Of a stretch of 64,000 bases of DNA, positions 12,489 to 23,702 are shown piece after piece. Each line of letters begins with the position of its first letter. Positions within the stretch are counted from its first letter, which is position 1. The notes below the pieces were generated by a model. It had not been told where the DNA came from. It made no database searches and worked only from the letters and a program-made list of their open reading frames with translations. The DNA lies in assembly GCA_963729625.1 (NCBI GenBank), contig CAVSOU010000005.1, positions 32,001-96,000 of the forward strand, written 5' to 3'. The position numbers and the translations under genes were made by a program. Source of the DNA: an uncultured bacterium (lineage in GTDB: Bacteria > Chloroflexota > UBA5177 > JANWHV01).

Positions 12489-12533
12489 TGTTCTGTCTTC
12501 AAAGTCGCCGCCGTGTCTGCGCCGACGGGCCCA

Positions 12534-13976
12534 CTATGCCTTTGGCCTACATTGTGTTGGGAGCGGCGGGGAGCTGAGATAGACCTCTACCTTAAACTCC
12601 GCCTCATCGAATCGCCGGCCGCCGACCGAGAGCTTGTGGACCGCGCAATCGAATAGCCAGCGCTGTGTCAGCGGCTCAAGACCCCAGCGGGTATTCTCCA
12701 GAACAATCCAAAGCCGCCCGCTCTCTGCGCCGAGGCGCTCAAGCTGGGGAACTGCGGTTGTGCTCAGCGGGATCTGCGGCTCGCAGCAGCCACGACTGTA
12801 GAATCGAAATAATCCAATCGCATAACCAGTCACGCGGTCGCCGGGCGACCAGTGCTCGCGTACATAAGCCGCCGCGCTACGCTCATCCCGGCGGGAACCG
12901 TCGACATAGTGGCTAGCGAGACCTGGCAGATTCGCCAGACAGATCAAGCCAACCCAGGCCCACGCTGCCACCACGCTCCGAGTGACCAGCAGCTCGTAGA
13001 TGACCGAGATCGCATAGCCGGCGACCACGATGCCGCCAAGCACCAGAGGGAACACGTATTCATCATGGTAGACGACTACGAGTGGCAGCATCAGGCTGGC
13101 ACCGCCCCACCCCAGACAACAAGTCAGCCAGTACCAGTTCTGCGCCGTGCGGTCCCGCAGCATTAGCGCCAAGCCGACCAACGCCAGCAATGCAATCGGC
13201 CAACCGATCATTGCAATCGAGCCGACAAGCGCATGAAGGGGCGAGTAACCCCAGGTTTCGCCCTGGTTCCAGCCATGCACCAGCGGCCTAACGTACAGCG
13301 CCAAGAATGCGGCCGCTACCGCCGTGGCTATAAGGAAGGGAAGCCAAATGGCACGCAGAATCGGTCGCTTCTCCGCGTAGGCGCCGGCGCACACGGCCAC
13401 GAAGACGAGCGGGAGCAGGATGACCAGCAACGTATGGGTGAGAACCGCTACCAAGGCGAGGCAACACGCCAGTGTCGCGAACAAGTTGCTTCGACGATTC
13501 CAGAGGATTCGGGCCCCGACGAGAAGACAAGCAAAGGAGAAGAACGCCGCCACCATGTAGAAGCGGGTCTCCTGGCTGTGCGCCACATGCTGCGGCATGA
13601 GCGCGACGAGCAGCGCCGATGCGATTGCTGCCGGACGCGGCATCGGTCCGTCCAACAGCACAAACACCAGCACTGCGCTTAAGGTGCCAAGCGCCGCGAT
13701 CAATACACGCGTGCCCCACTCGTCGAGTCCAAAAATAGTATGACTGATGTGCAGCACAAGATAGCTGGCGGGAATCAAATGCGGCAGACGATATGCCTGG
13801 CTATCGTGAGAAACATCTTGCCCGTGAAAGAGCACGCGCTCTTCCTCAAGCGACGCCGGTTCATCGCCGGAAAACGGCCATGCGCCTAGACTATGGAAGC
13901 GCAATGCGGCAGCGAGAATCGTCAGGCCGAGCACGATGGCGACGGTAATGAGCCGAATGTTTCTTTCTTTTGCCAA
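12534..13976 (-). CDS. GT-C fold membrane glycosyltransferase (GT39/PMT-like)
   Basis: LRFHSLGAWPFSGDE, HSQETRFY, many transmembrane segments. Confidence 0.75.
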   Translation of the reverse strand: MAKERNIRLITVAIVLGLTILAAALRFHSLGAWPFSGDEPASLEEERVLFHGQDVSHDSQAYRLPHLIPASYLVLHISHTIFGLDEWGTRVLIAALGTLSAVLVFVLLDGPMPRPAAIASALLVALMPQHVAHSQETRFYMVAAFFSFACLLVGARILWNRRSNLFATLACCLALVAVLTHTLLVILLPLVFVAVCAGAYAEKRPILRAIWLPFLIATAVAAAFLALYVRPLVHGWNQGETWGYSPLHALVGSIAMIGWPIALLALVGLALMLRDRTAQNWYWLTCCLGWGGASLMLPLVVVYHDEYVFPLVLGGIVVAGYAISVIYELLVTRSVVAAWAWVGLICLANLPGLASHYVDGSRRDERSAAAYVREHWSPGDRVTGYAIGLFRFYSRGCCEPQIPLSTTAVPQLERLGAESGRLWIVLENTRWGLEPLTQRWLFDCAVHKLSVGGRRFDEAEFKVEVYLSSPPLPTQCRPKA

Positions 13977-14326
13977 AAAGGGGCCGCCTTATTCGAGCCT
14001 GTCTACCGCCAGACCCATAGTGCATCACACTGTTGTCGCAGGCAAGTCGACTGCGTGTCCTGCGTAATTTCAGCTGGAATCTCTGCGATGTCCGACATTG
14101 GTCGGAATACCTCGCTTTAGGTGTTTTACCTGATGTCGAAGATGCGTTCTCTATTTGGTCTCGATTTGTACGTGGGGCGGGCACGCGTACCGTGACCGTG
14201 GTTACCGCCGGTGGGTCGATGCATTATGACCAACCAACCTGAACCGGCCTGCGATTGCATTCGTTCCAGCTGCCCCAGAGCCATGCCTGTTCCAGCGCCC
14301 TATTCTTGGGAATTGAGAAGTGGACG

Positions 14327-14475
14327 TTACGCCGCCGTGGCCAGTCTCTGTTTGGGTTGTATACCGCCCAAGGTCATGTTTGGGCGTTCGCAAGTATAGG
14401 TCCAGAGCCACTTCTTGGCGCATTCCTGGACTTCACTCAAGCTGTCGAACGAAGTCTGGTCCAACCAGTCATAGA
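14327..14475 (-). pseudogene. IS3-family transposase C-terminal remnant truncated at the adjacent IS
   Basis: WLDQTSFDSLSEVQECAKKWLWTYTCERPNMTLGGIQPKQRL. Confidence 0.75.
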
Positions 14476-15837
14476 GCTGGCTTTGGATTTCCGGACAGGG
14501 GTGTAAGTGGATTTCTGCCGGGGCAATATAGCAACCGGAGGGCAGAGATTCATGAGGAAGCCAAGACGTAACCACTCAGCGGCATTCAAGGCGCGGGTGG
14601 CCCTGGAGGCGATCCGGGGTGAGAAGACGGTGGCGCGAGATTGCGGCCCACCACGAGGTCCATGCGACCCAGGTGAGCGGCCTGGAAGACGGAGCTGCTG
14701 GAGAACGCTGGCGGCGGTCTTTGGCGGGGATGTGCTGGCTGCGGACGGCAAGGAGCGGATCCGGGAGCTGCAGGCGAAGATCGGGCAGCTGACGATGGAG
14801 AATGATTTTTTAGAAAGCGCGCTCGGGAAATTCCCCGGCCTGAGCGGCAAGCGATGATTGAGCGGGACGGTGAGGTCCCGGTGAAGCGCCAGGCACAGAT
14901 GCTGGATCTGAGCCGCTCGAGCGTTTACTACGTGGCGCGGGGCTTGCCGGAGCGGGATCTGAAGCTGATGCGGATCCTGGACGAGCTGCATCTGAAGTGG
15001 CCCTTCTACGGGTCTCGCAAGCTGACCCGAGAGCTGCAGAACCAGGGGCACGAGGTCGGCCGCCGGCATGTGACACGCTGATGCGGCGCATGGGCATGGA
15101 GACGATCTACCGCAAGCCGCGCACGAGCATCCCGGCGCCATTATCGGCGATCTACCCCTACCTGCTCGCGGGCCTGAAGATCGAGCGGCCTAATCACGTC
15201 TGGGCGGCCGACCTGACGTACCTGCCGATGGCGCATGGGTTCCAGTACCTGGTGGCCATCATCGACGTGGGCAGCCGCAAGACGCTGTCCTGGAGGGTGT
15301 CGAACACGATGACGCCGGACTTCTGCGTCGAGGCGCTGCAGGAGGCACTGGAGAAATACGGGAAGCCGGAGATCTTCAACACGGACCAGGGATCTCAGTT
15401 CACCAGCGAGGAATGGATCGAAACGCTCAAGGCGGCGGGCGTCCAGATCAGCATGGACGGCAAGGGACGATGGATCGACAACGTGTTCATCGAGCGACTG
15501 TGGCGCAGCGTCAAGTACGAGAACATTTACCTGCGCGCCTACGAGAACGGAACGCAGCTACGGCAGGGGCTGACCGAGTACTTCGCCTTTTACAACGCCA
15601 CGCGCCCGCACCAGGCGTTGGACTACCGGACCCGGAGGAGGTCTACTACGGTCGTGCAGAGCTCAGGCTTGCGGCATGATGAACGTAACGGAACACGGGA
15701 TTCGAGAGCTTCTGACGCTGCGCGTCAGACTGCGTGTGTTGGGAAGCGTTGAGAAGAGACCGAGAGAAGAGACCATCAAAAAGGTCGGCAGATCCACTTA
15801 TCCCAGTAAGAAATCTGTCCTAAGAACCGAAGCCACC
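14476..15837 (+). mobile_element. IS3-family insertion sequence (orfA + orfB DDE, frameshifted)
   Basis: OrfA MRKPRRNHSAAFKARVALEA; OrfB WAADLTY, NTDQGSQFTS, DNVFIERLWRSVKYE; imperfect IRs ~14476-14520 and ~15786-15837 (GGACAG...TAAGTGGAT..CTGCCG). Confidence 0.9.
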
Positions 15838-15853
15838 CGTGTCATCGGGCACT

Positions 15854-16572
15854 GTAGCCGCGTTCGCCATCTGCGTATTATATCGCAACGATACGCACGA
15901 AGTACCGTAAATACCGGCACTTCGTCACGCGACCACGTGTGGCGCATCGGTTGCTCTCTTGGGCGCTCGCCAGTCGATCCCCTCCAGCAGCATCGAGAGC
16001 TGTGCAGCGGAGAGTGCGACGCTACCGTGCGTGGCCTGCGGCCAAACGAAGCGCCCGCGCTCTAGCCGCTTGGCGAAGAGGCACATCCCATCGCCGCTCC
16101 ACCAGAGGATCTTCACCCGGTCCCCGGCCCGCCCCCGGAACACGAACCGCTACGCCACCCGGAAACTCGACGACAACATGGCCGGCAGGATCAGGATGCG
16201 TGATGCGTGTCCGCGGTGCCGGGCGACTGGCCGGATCGGGAAGAACCGTTGCCATCGTGACCTTCACCGGCAGCAGCGGCGCCGGCGCCGTGCTCTTCTC
16301 CAGCAGCCCCGCCCTGCGCAGGCGAAGCCAGCCAAACACCAGGTTGGCGTTCACCCCGTGCTTGCGGGCTACCGCTGCAATGGAGACACCGGGCGCCGTC
16401 GCGTCGGCGAGGATCTGCTGCTTCTCCTGCGCCGTTTAATGCCGACGCTTAACAGTCGTATGAGTGGACGTGTCCATCCGCGCTCCAGGCGCACACATAC
16501 ATTTTGCCACCACAACACCGATAATCAGGTCAACTCAATGCGCAAGCTAGGGTGCCCAGACCGGACGCCTGC
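15854..16572 (-). mobile_element. internally deleted IS66 derivative (tnpA and tnpB fragments, no tnpC)
   Basis: TnpB FRGRAGDRVKILWWSGDGMCLFAKRLERGRFVWP; TnpA NANLVFGWLR; IS66-like ends. Confidence 0.75.
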
Positions 16573-16815
16573 GTGGAAGTCGGGCAAGTACGAAGAGCTC
16601 TGCCTGCACGCCCACGAGAGCGTCCGGGCCGCTCAGGCGAGCATTTGCCGATACTTGGTGCTGTACAACGCTGCCGATCCCGCACGCCCTTGACCACCAA
16701 ACGCCGATCACGTCTATTTCACATCGGGCGCACCGCTGTCCCTCGCCGCGACGGCCTAAGAGTTGCTGGCTACCACATATCCAGACCGCGTTAACTGCCC
16801 AAGCCAGGCAGTCCG
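16573..16815 (+). pseudogene. IS3-family orfB C-terminal remnant
   Basis: WKSGKYEELCLHAHESV...YLVLYN resembles the LWRSVKYE..YLRAYE tail. Confidence 0.65.
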
Positions 16816-17165
16816 CTCATTCTTCTTTATGGCGAGCGCATGTCTCCCACACACTCAACGCCCGTCTCTGAAATGCGACGGTGTACTACAATTAATGTTG
16901 AGACTCAGCGGCCAGAGTGCCCCCGCGATATTGCAAGCGTGAGTTCCTCCCTTGACGTATTGGTTGAGCCAGCGAAGACCAATTCCGTGAGATGCCGGCT
17001 CGCCCGTTCATACCGCAAAAATATTCCTGTTAGCACCGTTGGCGGGTCCACCATGCCGCACGGGTAAGTGACGTAAGTTATTGGATCATCGGGAAAATCA
17101 TGCTAAAAGCATAGCGCGCGATCGGTCTGGAACACTTCGAACGATCACGACAAAATCGAGGATAA

Positions 17166-18328
17166 GTGACGGACACAATGACATCGACCATTAGGCAAGA
17201 TCTACAGCGGCCCTATCTAGTGCTTCTAAAGGAAGGACCATCCCACTTCCTGGACGACATACAGCCGCACTGTGCTGTATTGGCTCAGCGCTTTAGGGGT
17301 GAGCTATGGACGTACGGAGGATATAACGCTGACCTCTCCATAGGAGACATGCAGCTGCACGTCGTTGGGCCACCGTCCAGAAACAAGTTTCTTCAATATT
17401 TCGCATTGTGGCGTACGTTAATGAGGCGAGCAAAGACCATTAAGCGAGATGCGCAGGGCCCGATAATTGTGGTGTCGTATGATCCATTCAAAACCGGCTT
17501 ATTGGCCCAGCATTTTGCCCGAGCGGTCGGCGGGCTCTTTGTCTCTGAAGTGAATGGTGCATACGGGGACCCCGATACGTTTGCAGACATCAAGTCCAAG
17601 CTCTGGAGGAGTGCGAGGCTTCTGCAGATGCGAATGCTTGGAACATATGTCCTTCGTCGTGCGGATGGCATAAAGCTACTTTTTGACGAACAACTTGAGC
17701 AGTTTGTCACGCCGCCCAAGTCTGCGCTGATCCGTCGTTTCTATGATATTGCGTACGTTGATCGCTTCCACGTTGGGGCAGAGCAACCCATTATTCTCTT
17801 GGCGGGGTACCCCTTTCGTCGCAAGGGTGCGGATATGCTTTTTGAGGCATTCGTCGCAATTGCCCCTCGGCACCCAAAGTGGAGGCTGGTCATGATTGGC
17901 CACCAGCTAAAGGAGAATTTTGACGCGGCTGGATTGCGGCATCCACAGGTCGAGATCTACGCGGGCATGCCACAAACCGCACTAGTAGAATGGGTGGCTC
18001 GCTCGAGCATTGTCGCGCAGCCATCCCGCTCGGAAGCGATGGGCCGGATCTTAATGGAGGCCGCCGCGGCCGGGAAATGCCGCGTCGGAAGCTCAGTCAA
18101 CGGCATACCCACCGTAATTGCCAACAATGTAGACGGCATACTTGTTCCGAAGAACGATGTCCAAGCGCTCGCCGTAATTCTTGAGAAACTCATTACTGAC
18201 CCTGCACTTCGTGCACGCCTAGCAACCGAAGCCAAGGCCAGAGCGGCACGTGAGTTCACTGCCGAAGCCTGATGCTTGATCACTACTCCGAGTTCTTCGA
18301 AGCGTTATGTCGGTCTCCGCCGACCTAG
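17166..18328 (+). CDS. glycosyltransferase family 4
   Basis: RKGADML, PSRSEAMGRILMEAAAAG; possible terminal frameshift. Confidence 0.85.
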
Positions 18329-18440
18329 ACCAGAAGATTGCGGCAGGTCTAGGCAGAAGGTACCAAACTTCATCCCGCTAGTGCCCGACTGAAGTAGCAT
18401 CAGGTGTCCTGGCAATCACCTACAAGAGGATAAGTATTCC

Positions 18441-19705
18441 GTGCAGCGTTTACGATTGCTCTGGGTCTCTCATCTAGTTCCTTATCCCCCGAAGTCTGGG
18501 GTTCATTTGCGGGCCTTTAATCTCTTGAAGGCCACTGCCGAGAGTCAGGATGTCGACTTGGTGGCATTCATCCAACCGCAATGGATGAAGATGTTCTTCG
18601 CAGACGTAGAGACAGGCCTGCAGGAGTGCCATGAGCAATTGATGAAGTATTGCAAGAGCGTAGCATTTCTGCCAATTGAGTCGCAGGACAGATCATACGG
18701 CAAACTGCGCACTGCGATTGAAAGCCTTCTGCCCGGGCCTTGCTACTCTGTTCGATGGCTGCAGGGGCGCAAAGCCGCGGCAATAATCAGCTCAATCTAC
18801 CAGCGCGAGGAACATGACCTTGCCCACTTCGACACCATCGGACTTGCGCCATATAGAGCGCTGATGCCACGCGCGCCAGCTACCCTCGGTCACCACAACA
18901 TCGAATCCCACATGCTCCTGCGCCGCGCTGGAAATGAATCAAATCTCCTTAAGAAAGCCTACTTCCTTCAAGAGGGATACCGACTGAGGGAATTCGAACG
19001 GAAGGTGGCCGACCAGTTCACGCGCCATATAACATGTTCGGATCTCGATTCCCAGAGACTGCGAATGATAGCGCCAGCGTGTCACGCCGTGACGGTGCCA
19101 AACGGCGTGGACACCAAATACTTCCAAGCCTCCGGCGCGGCAGTTGTTGAAAACTCCGCGATATTTGTCGGTAGCTTTAATTGGTACCCGAACGCAGCTG
19201 CTGCTGAATATTTGCTCACCGCCATATGGCCGCTTGTTCTGGCTGCCGCACCGGAAGCGCGACTGGATCTCGTGGGTTCGGGACCTAGCGAACGCCTTCG
19301 CGCACTCGCCGGCGGTTTGCGGGGCGTTAAAGTGCACGGCTTTGTTGACGACGTGCGTCCATTTATCGATGCAGCCGCCGTTTACGTGTGTCCGATACGA
19401 GACGGTGGTGGACTAAGCTAAAGATCCTGGACGCATTCTCTATGGGGAAATGCGTTGTAGCCGATCCGATTGCCTGCGAGGGAATAGACGTGGTCGCCAA
19501 TCGCAACGTCATTCTGGCCTCGACGCCGGAAGAGTTTGCCGGTGCCATCAGCCAGGCAATGGCCGACCCCTCAAAGCGGTCAAGCATCGGTGCGGCGGCT
19601 CGCGAATTGGTTACCGAGAGGTATACTTTTGAATCAATTGGCAAGGCATTACAAGACGTATTCCATGCATGTGTTAACTCTCGGTTGAGCTCAGAGGGCG
19701 AATGA
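18441..19705 (+). CDS. glycosyltransferase family 4, frameshifted near 19410
   Basis: VPYPPKSG, HHNIES, VPNGVD, PIRDGGG / KLKILDAFSMG. Confidence 0.85.
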
Positions 19706-21028
19706 TAAGGCGAAAACTTTCGCAGTCCGCAACTAGCGGCGAATCGTCTACCAAGGTCGGCGGTGGCCAAGCAACACCGATATCGAAGATCATGTCGCTC
19801 TATATTGTTGTAGCTGCAGGGCGCGTGGGAGAGCTATTTCCTTTTCTAAAGGGCGTCCCGCTAGCAAAGCTTCTTATCGCAATGGCGATAATGTCACTCT
19901 TTCTTTATCCGAAGAAAGTTGCGTCAACGCGTCTTTGGTCTGTCGGACTTGCGCGGGCGTCCATCCTCTTCTTCGCGCTAATAGTAATTAGCTTGAGCTT
20001 CTCATTCCTGCGCAGCATGACATACGAAGTGATAGTGGGCAGTGCCGCCGCCTCGCTCGTTGCATTGGTGCTCATATTTAAGGGCGCAAGTAATTGGCCA
20101 TCCGTGCGCGTGATGCTGGCGGGTTGTGCTCTGTCTACCGCCGTTCTGGTCATACATACGGTGTCTGGTTATGCTGGACGGCCTACAGATGTCGGGGGGT
20201 ACGATCCCAACGATCTGGCATTTGTGCTAGTGGCACTGCTTCCAGTCACGATAGTATTCGCGATAGTTAGCTCGGGCTGGCGGCGTTTATTTTTTGCAGT
20301 TCTGTCGATGTCCTCACTGCTCGTTGTGCTCCTAACGGAATCACGGGGAGGATTGCTGGGGCTCTTGTTGGTACTCTTCGCCTTCGCGCTAAGATACCCC
20401 GCGTCCAGCGATGGCAAGCTCAGGAGCGTGACCCGGATTGGACTGAAGACTAGGCTTGCGGCCCTAACTGTCTTATTTGTTGTCGCTTGGGTTTCCGTCC
20501 CGCAGACGGCGCGAGACCGTCTCTCGACGCTGCTCTCCCCCCACATCGGACTACAACATCACCTCTAAAGAAGAGGGGCGGTTCCTGATTTGGGGACGAA
20601 ATCTGCCGCTTGTTCTCAAGCGACCTTGGGGCTATGGGGCCGGCTCGTCAGAAGCGGTGGATGGAATATTGGCTGGTGGGCGTTACCGCGTGCTCCACAA
20701 TATGTATCTACAGGTGCTCGTCGAGCTAGGTGTGTTGGGTTTGACCCTATTCCTGACGACGTTTGTGCTGGCGTGGCGAACCTTGCTAGATAGGAAGCCG
20801 TTGGAAACCAAGACAGCTCCTCCGGAGTCGGCATCGCGGGAAGTTGTTCTATTTTCCTGGGCACTAGCCGTTGGCTTGGCCGCCGCAGCCGTGTCTGGGT
20901 TCTTTCTTTCACTATGTTACTCAAACGCCCTTTGGATCCTGTTCTCACTGGCGTGCGTAACGGCTCCGGCGGCAAATGCTAGGCTCTGGATGACACGCGA
21001 GGCCATAGCGACTTCAAATCGTAAATAG
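19702..21028 (+). CDS. O-antigen ligase/Wzy-like membrane protein, frameshifted near 20540
   Basis: DPNDLA, LTESRGGLLG, R..IW, PWGYG, HNMYLQVLVELGVLG. Confidence 0.85.
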
Positions 21029-21041
21029 CGCGGCACCAACG

Positions 21042-22181
21042 TCACCTCACAGGTTTCCAGGTCACCATTCGTTCGCCCCGAACATAACGCACTGTGGCGA
21101 GCAACGATGCCAAGTTGGTCAGAACGAAATAGTATGGCTTTCCCAATAGCTTCGCGCGCCCACCGCTGCGCTGAGCGCGAAATCCGGCGGCACCAAGTGC
21201 TAGGAATAACAACTGGCCGGCGAAGAATACCTGGTATAGCCACGTTTCTAAAATGAAGAGATTTGCGCAGAGCATCACTAGCCAAATGAAAGGGGAAGCG
21301 TAGCGCAGCGCCTTGTGCGACCAGAGTTCCCATGCAAACACACGGAAGCGGAGAGGGTTCAGGAATCGCCGCTCTGTTACCAGTGCATTGATGCTTCGTA
21401 TGCCAACACGGACCCGCATAGCCAATTCACTTCCCGGGCGCTCCAGCGTATCTTCAAAACATACTGCTTTGGGCTCAAGGACTGTACGAAGGCCGATTTC
21501 CCGCATGTGAAGGGCGATAACGAAATCACTTATGAGTTCTGGAGGTATTGGTCGGTACGCACGCCGCCTTACCGCGTAGAGACAACCACTTACGCCAACT
21601 AAGGAGCCCATCGCACTTTCTGCACGTCTAAGTCCGAGTTCATATTGCCAATACTGTGTTCCTCCCTCACCCGTGAGGCTGTCGCCACGTGCCTCGTAAA
21701 CCAGAGCCCCGGCGACACAACCTATGGCCTCATCCGCAAAATTCTCTACGAGCGCAATCAATGCATCGTGTGCTAACCGAGTGGTCGCATCCGTAAAGAT
21801 GACGACTTCGCCCGTCGCCGCTCGGACCGCCTCATTTTGGCAGGCAGTCTTACCCCGCCTTCCTTCCACGCGAAGCAGTCGCACTTGTTCCTGTCCATAA
21901 CCAGAAACTATGGCATCAGTCCCATCGATGGAGCCGTCGGACGCAACGATAATTTCAAGTAGAGATTTTGGGTATTCGAGACTCGTGATGTTATCCAGCT
22001 TGGATCGAATCCCGACTTCCTCATTGTAGGCAGTGATTACCACCGAGATACGCGGGCGTATCGGCGCCTTTCGTACGGGTATGTTCTTTAGGCTTGCTAC
22101 GCAGCGCGCCAAAAGTGGGTACCCCACGTAGACGTAAACCAAGAGAAACCCAGACAACCAAAATGTAATAGTCGGCATCAT
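21042..22181 (-). CDS. glycosyltransferase family 2
   Basis: ITAYNEE, SDGSIDGT, GKTACQN, FTDAT. Confidence 0.9.
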   Translation of the reverse strand: MMPTITFWLSGFLLVYVYVGYPLLARCVASLKNIPVRKAPIRPRISVVITAYNEEVGIRSKLDNITSLEYPKSLLEIIVASDGSIDGTDAIVSGYGQEQVRLLRVEGRRGKTACQNEAVRAATGEVVIFTDATTRLAHDALIALVENFADEAIGCVAGALVYEARGDSLTGEGGTQYWQYELGLRRAESAMGSLVGVSGCLYAVRRRAYRPIPPELISDFVIALHMREIGLRTVLEPKAVCFEDTLERPGSELAMRVRVGIRSINALVTERRFLNPLRFRVFAWELWSHKALRYASPFIWLVMLCANLFILETWLYQVFFAGQLLFLALGAAGFRAQRSGGRAKLLGKPYYFVLTNLASLLATVRYVRGERMVTWKPVR

Positions 22182-22249
22182 CATTCCGTACAATTTTCAC
22201 CAATCCGGAAAGCATCTAGGGGGCACGGCCAAAACCTATGGCAGCCCAA

Positions 22250-23050
22250 TCAGGCAGCCTTGCGAGCAACCAATAGCACAACGTGCTTGCCAGCCAGCGG
22301 CGCCTCCGGAGATGACAGCCGCGTTATCGTCTGTATGACAAGGAACCCGGCTCTTTTTAGGCAGTCCTGAGCACTAGCTATTGTATAGCTCCGTCTCATC
22401 GGCTGGCGAATGGGCTTGTGGATCTTCTTCCAAGCCCATCTTGCGAACGCAACGGGCCTGAATTTTGGGAAGAAATACTCTCGTAGCTTTAGTTGCAAAC
22501 GGTCGGCTAGCCCCATGTCAGTGTGTATAAGCGCCACGTAAGCACCGCCCTTCTTTAGGACACGAAAGATCTCACGTGTCGCCAGATCAGGATCGGAAAA
22601 GTGCTCCATGACACCAACGGACGTGACGGCAGCAAAATATCCATCAGCGAAGGGCAGAAATTCCGCTTGGGCAGCGGCACACTGAGCGCCCGACAATTGG
22701 CGAGCCCGCTGAAGGGCTTGAATCGAGGGGTCAACACCGAACCGCTCATCGCTACTCATGGCGGCCAACAACAACCCCTCGCCGCAGCCAACTTCCAGCA
22801 GGCGGCCGGGAGCGAGTGCACCTACTAGGGCTGAAAAATATTTCCGGAAGCCTTCCTCCCGGCCCTGATCTTCCCAGACATTTGAATGTTCCGTGTAGAT
22901 GGCGTCATAAACTGCACCAACTGCAGACTTCGCGCCCGTCCCCTTTGGGGTCAAGAAGTAGGGAACCTCCCCAAACACTTCGTACTCGACGTTGCACGAT
23001 CGACATGCAAATGAATCCAACGTTCCCTTACACCGCGGGCAGACATACAT
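22250..23050 (-). CDS. class I SAM-dependent methyltransferase with N-terminal zinc ribbon
   Basis: CPRC..CRSC, LLEVGCGEG, GVMEHFSDP. Confidence 0.85.
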   Translation of the reverse strand: MYVCPRCKGTLDSFACRSCNVEYEVFGEVPYFLTPKGTGAKSAVGAVYDAIYTEHSNVWEDQGREEGFRKYFSALVGALAPGRLLEVGCGEGLLLAAMSSDERFGVDPSIQALQRARQLSGAQCAAAQAEFLPFADGYFAAVTSVGVMEHFSDPDLATREIFRVLKKGGAYVALIHTDMGLADRLQLKLREYFFPKFRPVAFARWAWKKIHKPIRQPMRRSYTIASAQDCLKRAGFLVIQTITRLSSPEAPLAGKHVVLLVARKAA

Positions 23051-23702
23051 AGCTCACCTATTCAACATGCCAATTGGTACTCAGAGATAACAGCTCCCGC
23101 CCCAAGGGACGGACTGATTGACACAATCGTCGCGTTCCGCGACGAGCACCCGTTCTAGAGTGGCAACCTACAAGGCTAAGAATACACCGGACGATCAAGA
23201 ACTTGCGAGAATCCCTGCTCAGTTAGGATCCGTCCGGTAAGGCGGAACTCCTTTCTCCCCCAGCCACGGGCTGGATTGCCCCGCGATGGACGAGGTACAT
23301 ATGGCATGTGCAATAGCAATCCTCGCAGCGATGCCTAGCGAATCGCAACGACCCCCAACACCGGCCAAGTATTGCCTTCCAGGAGCGAGCTCAGTTGTGC
23401 ACGCTAAACGAACATGGCGTTAAGCAACCATAATATCCACGCTTATCTCATGCGCTTTCGTGAAGTTGATTGAGCAACTCGGCGTGTTATGAATAATTTA
23501 GACAAGATCTCTGATCACAGACGGACGTCTTGCGCCGCGGCTCCGGCAGCCCGAGAGCAGGCCCCCGTCGAATGCAACCATGAACTTGCTGTACTGGGCG
23601 GCAGGATTCTATGCCGATAACCGGACCACCAACGCTGCCGCCCGCGGACGTGGAAATTGATACGAGCCACGACGCCCGCAATATCAACTGCCCCGCAAGA
23701 CG

